Shown in pieces: positions 62,330 to 64,000 of a stretch of DNA of 64,000 nucleotides. How positions within the stretch are numbered: position 1 is the first letter of the stretch; every line of letters begins with the position of its first letter. Location: assembly GCF_018977255.1 (NCBI RefSeq), contig NW_024704743.1, positions 55,120,001-55,184,000 of the forward strand. The letters are read 5' to 3'. The translations under genes were made by a program, and so were the position numbers. The notes beneath the pieces were generated by a model. That model had not been told where the DNA came from and made no database searches. It saw only the letters and a list, made by a program, of their open reading frames with translations. This DNA is from Callorhinchus milii (lineage: Eukaryota).

Positions 62330-64000
62330 TAAAGGAAATAAGAGGGGCAAAGAGATTGCATGAGAAAAGATTAGCGAGTAACATAAAAAGGAACGCTAAG
62401 GTATTTTATAAGCATATAAAGAATAAAAGGTTAGTCAAAGGTAGGGTGGGTCCAATTAGGGACCAAGGAGGAAATCTGGTGGAGGCAGAGGGTAATGAGT
62501 ACTTTGCATCTGTCTTCACAAAAGAAGAGGATGCAGCCAATGCCACAGTATCCGAGGAGAGGGTAGAGAAATTGGATAAGATCAGAATAAATCGAAAGGA
62601 GGCACTGAAAAGGTTGATAGTGCTCAAGGTAGATAGGTCACCCGGTCCGGACGGGATGCATCCTTGGTTACTGAGGGAAGTAAGGGTGGAAATAACGGAG
62701 GCTGTGGCAACAATTTTTCAATCCTCCTTGGACACCGGGGTGGTGCCAGAGGACTGGAGGGTTGCAAATGTTACTCCCCTGTACAAAAAGGGGCAGAAGG
62801 ATAAACCCAGGAAGTATAGGCCAGTCAGCCTAATGTCAGTAGTGGGAAACATCTAGAGACTATAATCCGGGACAAAGTACATTTTCACTTAGAAAAATAT
62901 GAGTTAATAAAGGGCAGCCAACACAGATTTGTTAAAGGCAAATCATGTCTAACAAACCTGATACTTTTTTGATGAAGTAACGGAGAGGATGGATGAAGGT
63001 AGTGCAGTTGATGTAGTTTATATGGATTTTCAAAAGGCGTTTGATAAAGTGTCACATAAGAGGCTTGTAAGCAAAATAGAAACCCACGGTATTAAAGGGA
63101 CAGTGGCAGCATAGATACAGAACTGGCTGGGAGACAGAAAGCAGAGCATGATGGTGAACGTTAGTTTTTCTGACTGGAGGGAAGTGTGCAGAGGTGTCCC
63201 CCAGGGGTCAGTATTGGGACCACTGCTGTATTTGATCTATGTAAATCACCTGGACTTGGGTATAGGGAGTACAATTTCCAAGATTGCACATGATACTAAG
63301 CTAGGAAAAGTAGTAAACAGTGAGAAGGATAGAAAAAGACTGCAAATGGACATAGACAGACTGGTATAAAGGGCGGACACGTGGCAGATGAAGTTTAATG
63401 TCGAGAAATGTGAAGTGATGCATTTTGGGAGGAAGAATGAGGCGAGGCCGTAGATGGCAGAATCTTAAAGGGGGTGAAAGAACAGAGAGACCTGAGGGTT
63501 CATATAAGTAAATCTTTGAAGGTGGCGGGATCGGTAGGTGAAGCTGTAAAAAAGCATATGGGATACTTTTATTTATAAATAAGAGCATAGAATACAAAAG
63601 TCAGGAAGTTATGATGAACCTTTATAAAACACTGGTTAGGTCTCAGCGAGAGTACTGTGTTCAGTTCTGGGCACCACACTTTAGGAAGGATGTCAAGGCA
63701 TTGGAGAGGGTGCAAAGGAGATTACCAGGAGGGAACCAGCAATGAGGGACTTCAGTTATCAGGAGAGGTAGAGAAGCTAGGATTATTCTCATTGGAGCAG
63801 AGGAGGTTAAGAGGAGACTTAATAGAAGTTTTCAAAATTATGAGGGGATTCGATAGGGTGAACAAGGAGAAACTATTTCCACTGGTGGATGGGTCGGTAA
63901 ACCGAGGGCACCGATTTAAAATAATTGTTAAAAGAAACAGAGGGGAGGTGAGGAGAAATGTTTTCACGCAGCAAGTTGTTCGGATCTGGAATGGAGTGGG
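62330..64000 (+). mobile_element. CR1-clade LINE, degenerate ORF2 (reverse transcriptase) fragment, running off the window end
   Basis: Motifs SPGPDGMHP, VPEDWRVANVTPLYKKG, YRPVSLMSV, YMDFQKAFDKV and GVPQGSVLGPLL are present. The catalytic FADD is mutated to IAHD, and there are stops and frameshifts. Confidence 0.95.

Overview
This is vertebrate genomic DNA, not prokaryotic. The repeat content (L2 and CR1 LINE debris, Deu-domain SINEs) suggests a cartilaginous fish, possibly a holocephalan; that assignment is inference. The window holds the 5' end of an aryl hydrocarbon receptor gene (AHR, AHR1-like) on the minus strand, which the ORF track does not show. Coding exon 1 is 60005-59947 (MSSSSSIYASRKRRKPVQK) inside a CpG-rich, microsatellite-laden promoter/5'UTR region. 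Exon 2 is 46371-46184 (188 nt, bHLH domain). I found no exon 3 or 4 by eye, so 1-46183 appears to be a very long intron 2. The rest is intronic or upstream sequence containing: L2 and CR1 fragments; a tRNA-headed SINE with a CORE-like segment and an L2-type tail, in two length variants; older Deu-domain SINEs; an unidentified ~600-bp A-tailed repeat family whose copies all lie on the + strand; a 2.8-kb G-rich minisatellite just inside intron 1; a 22-bp minisatellite; and several fold-back palindromes. Most listed ORFs are spurious. No database searches were run, and family names rest on recalled consensus motifs.
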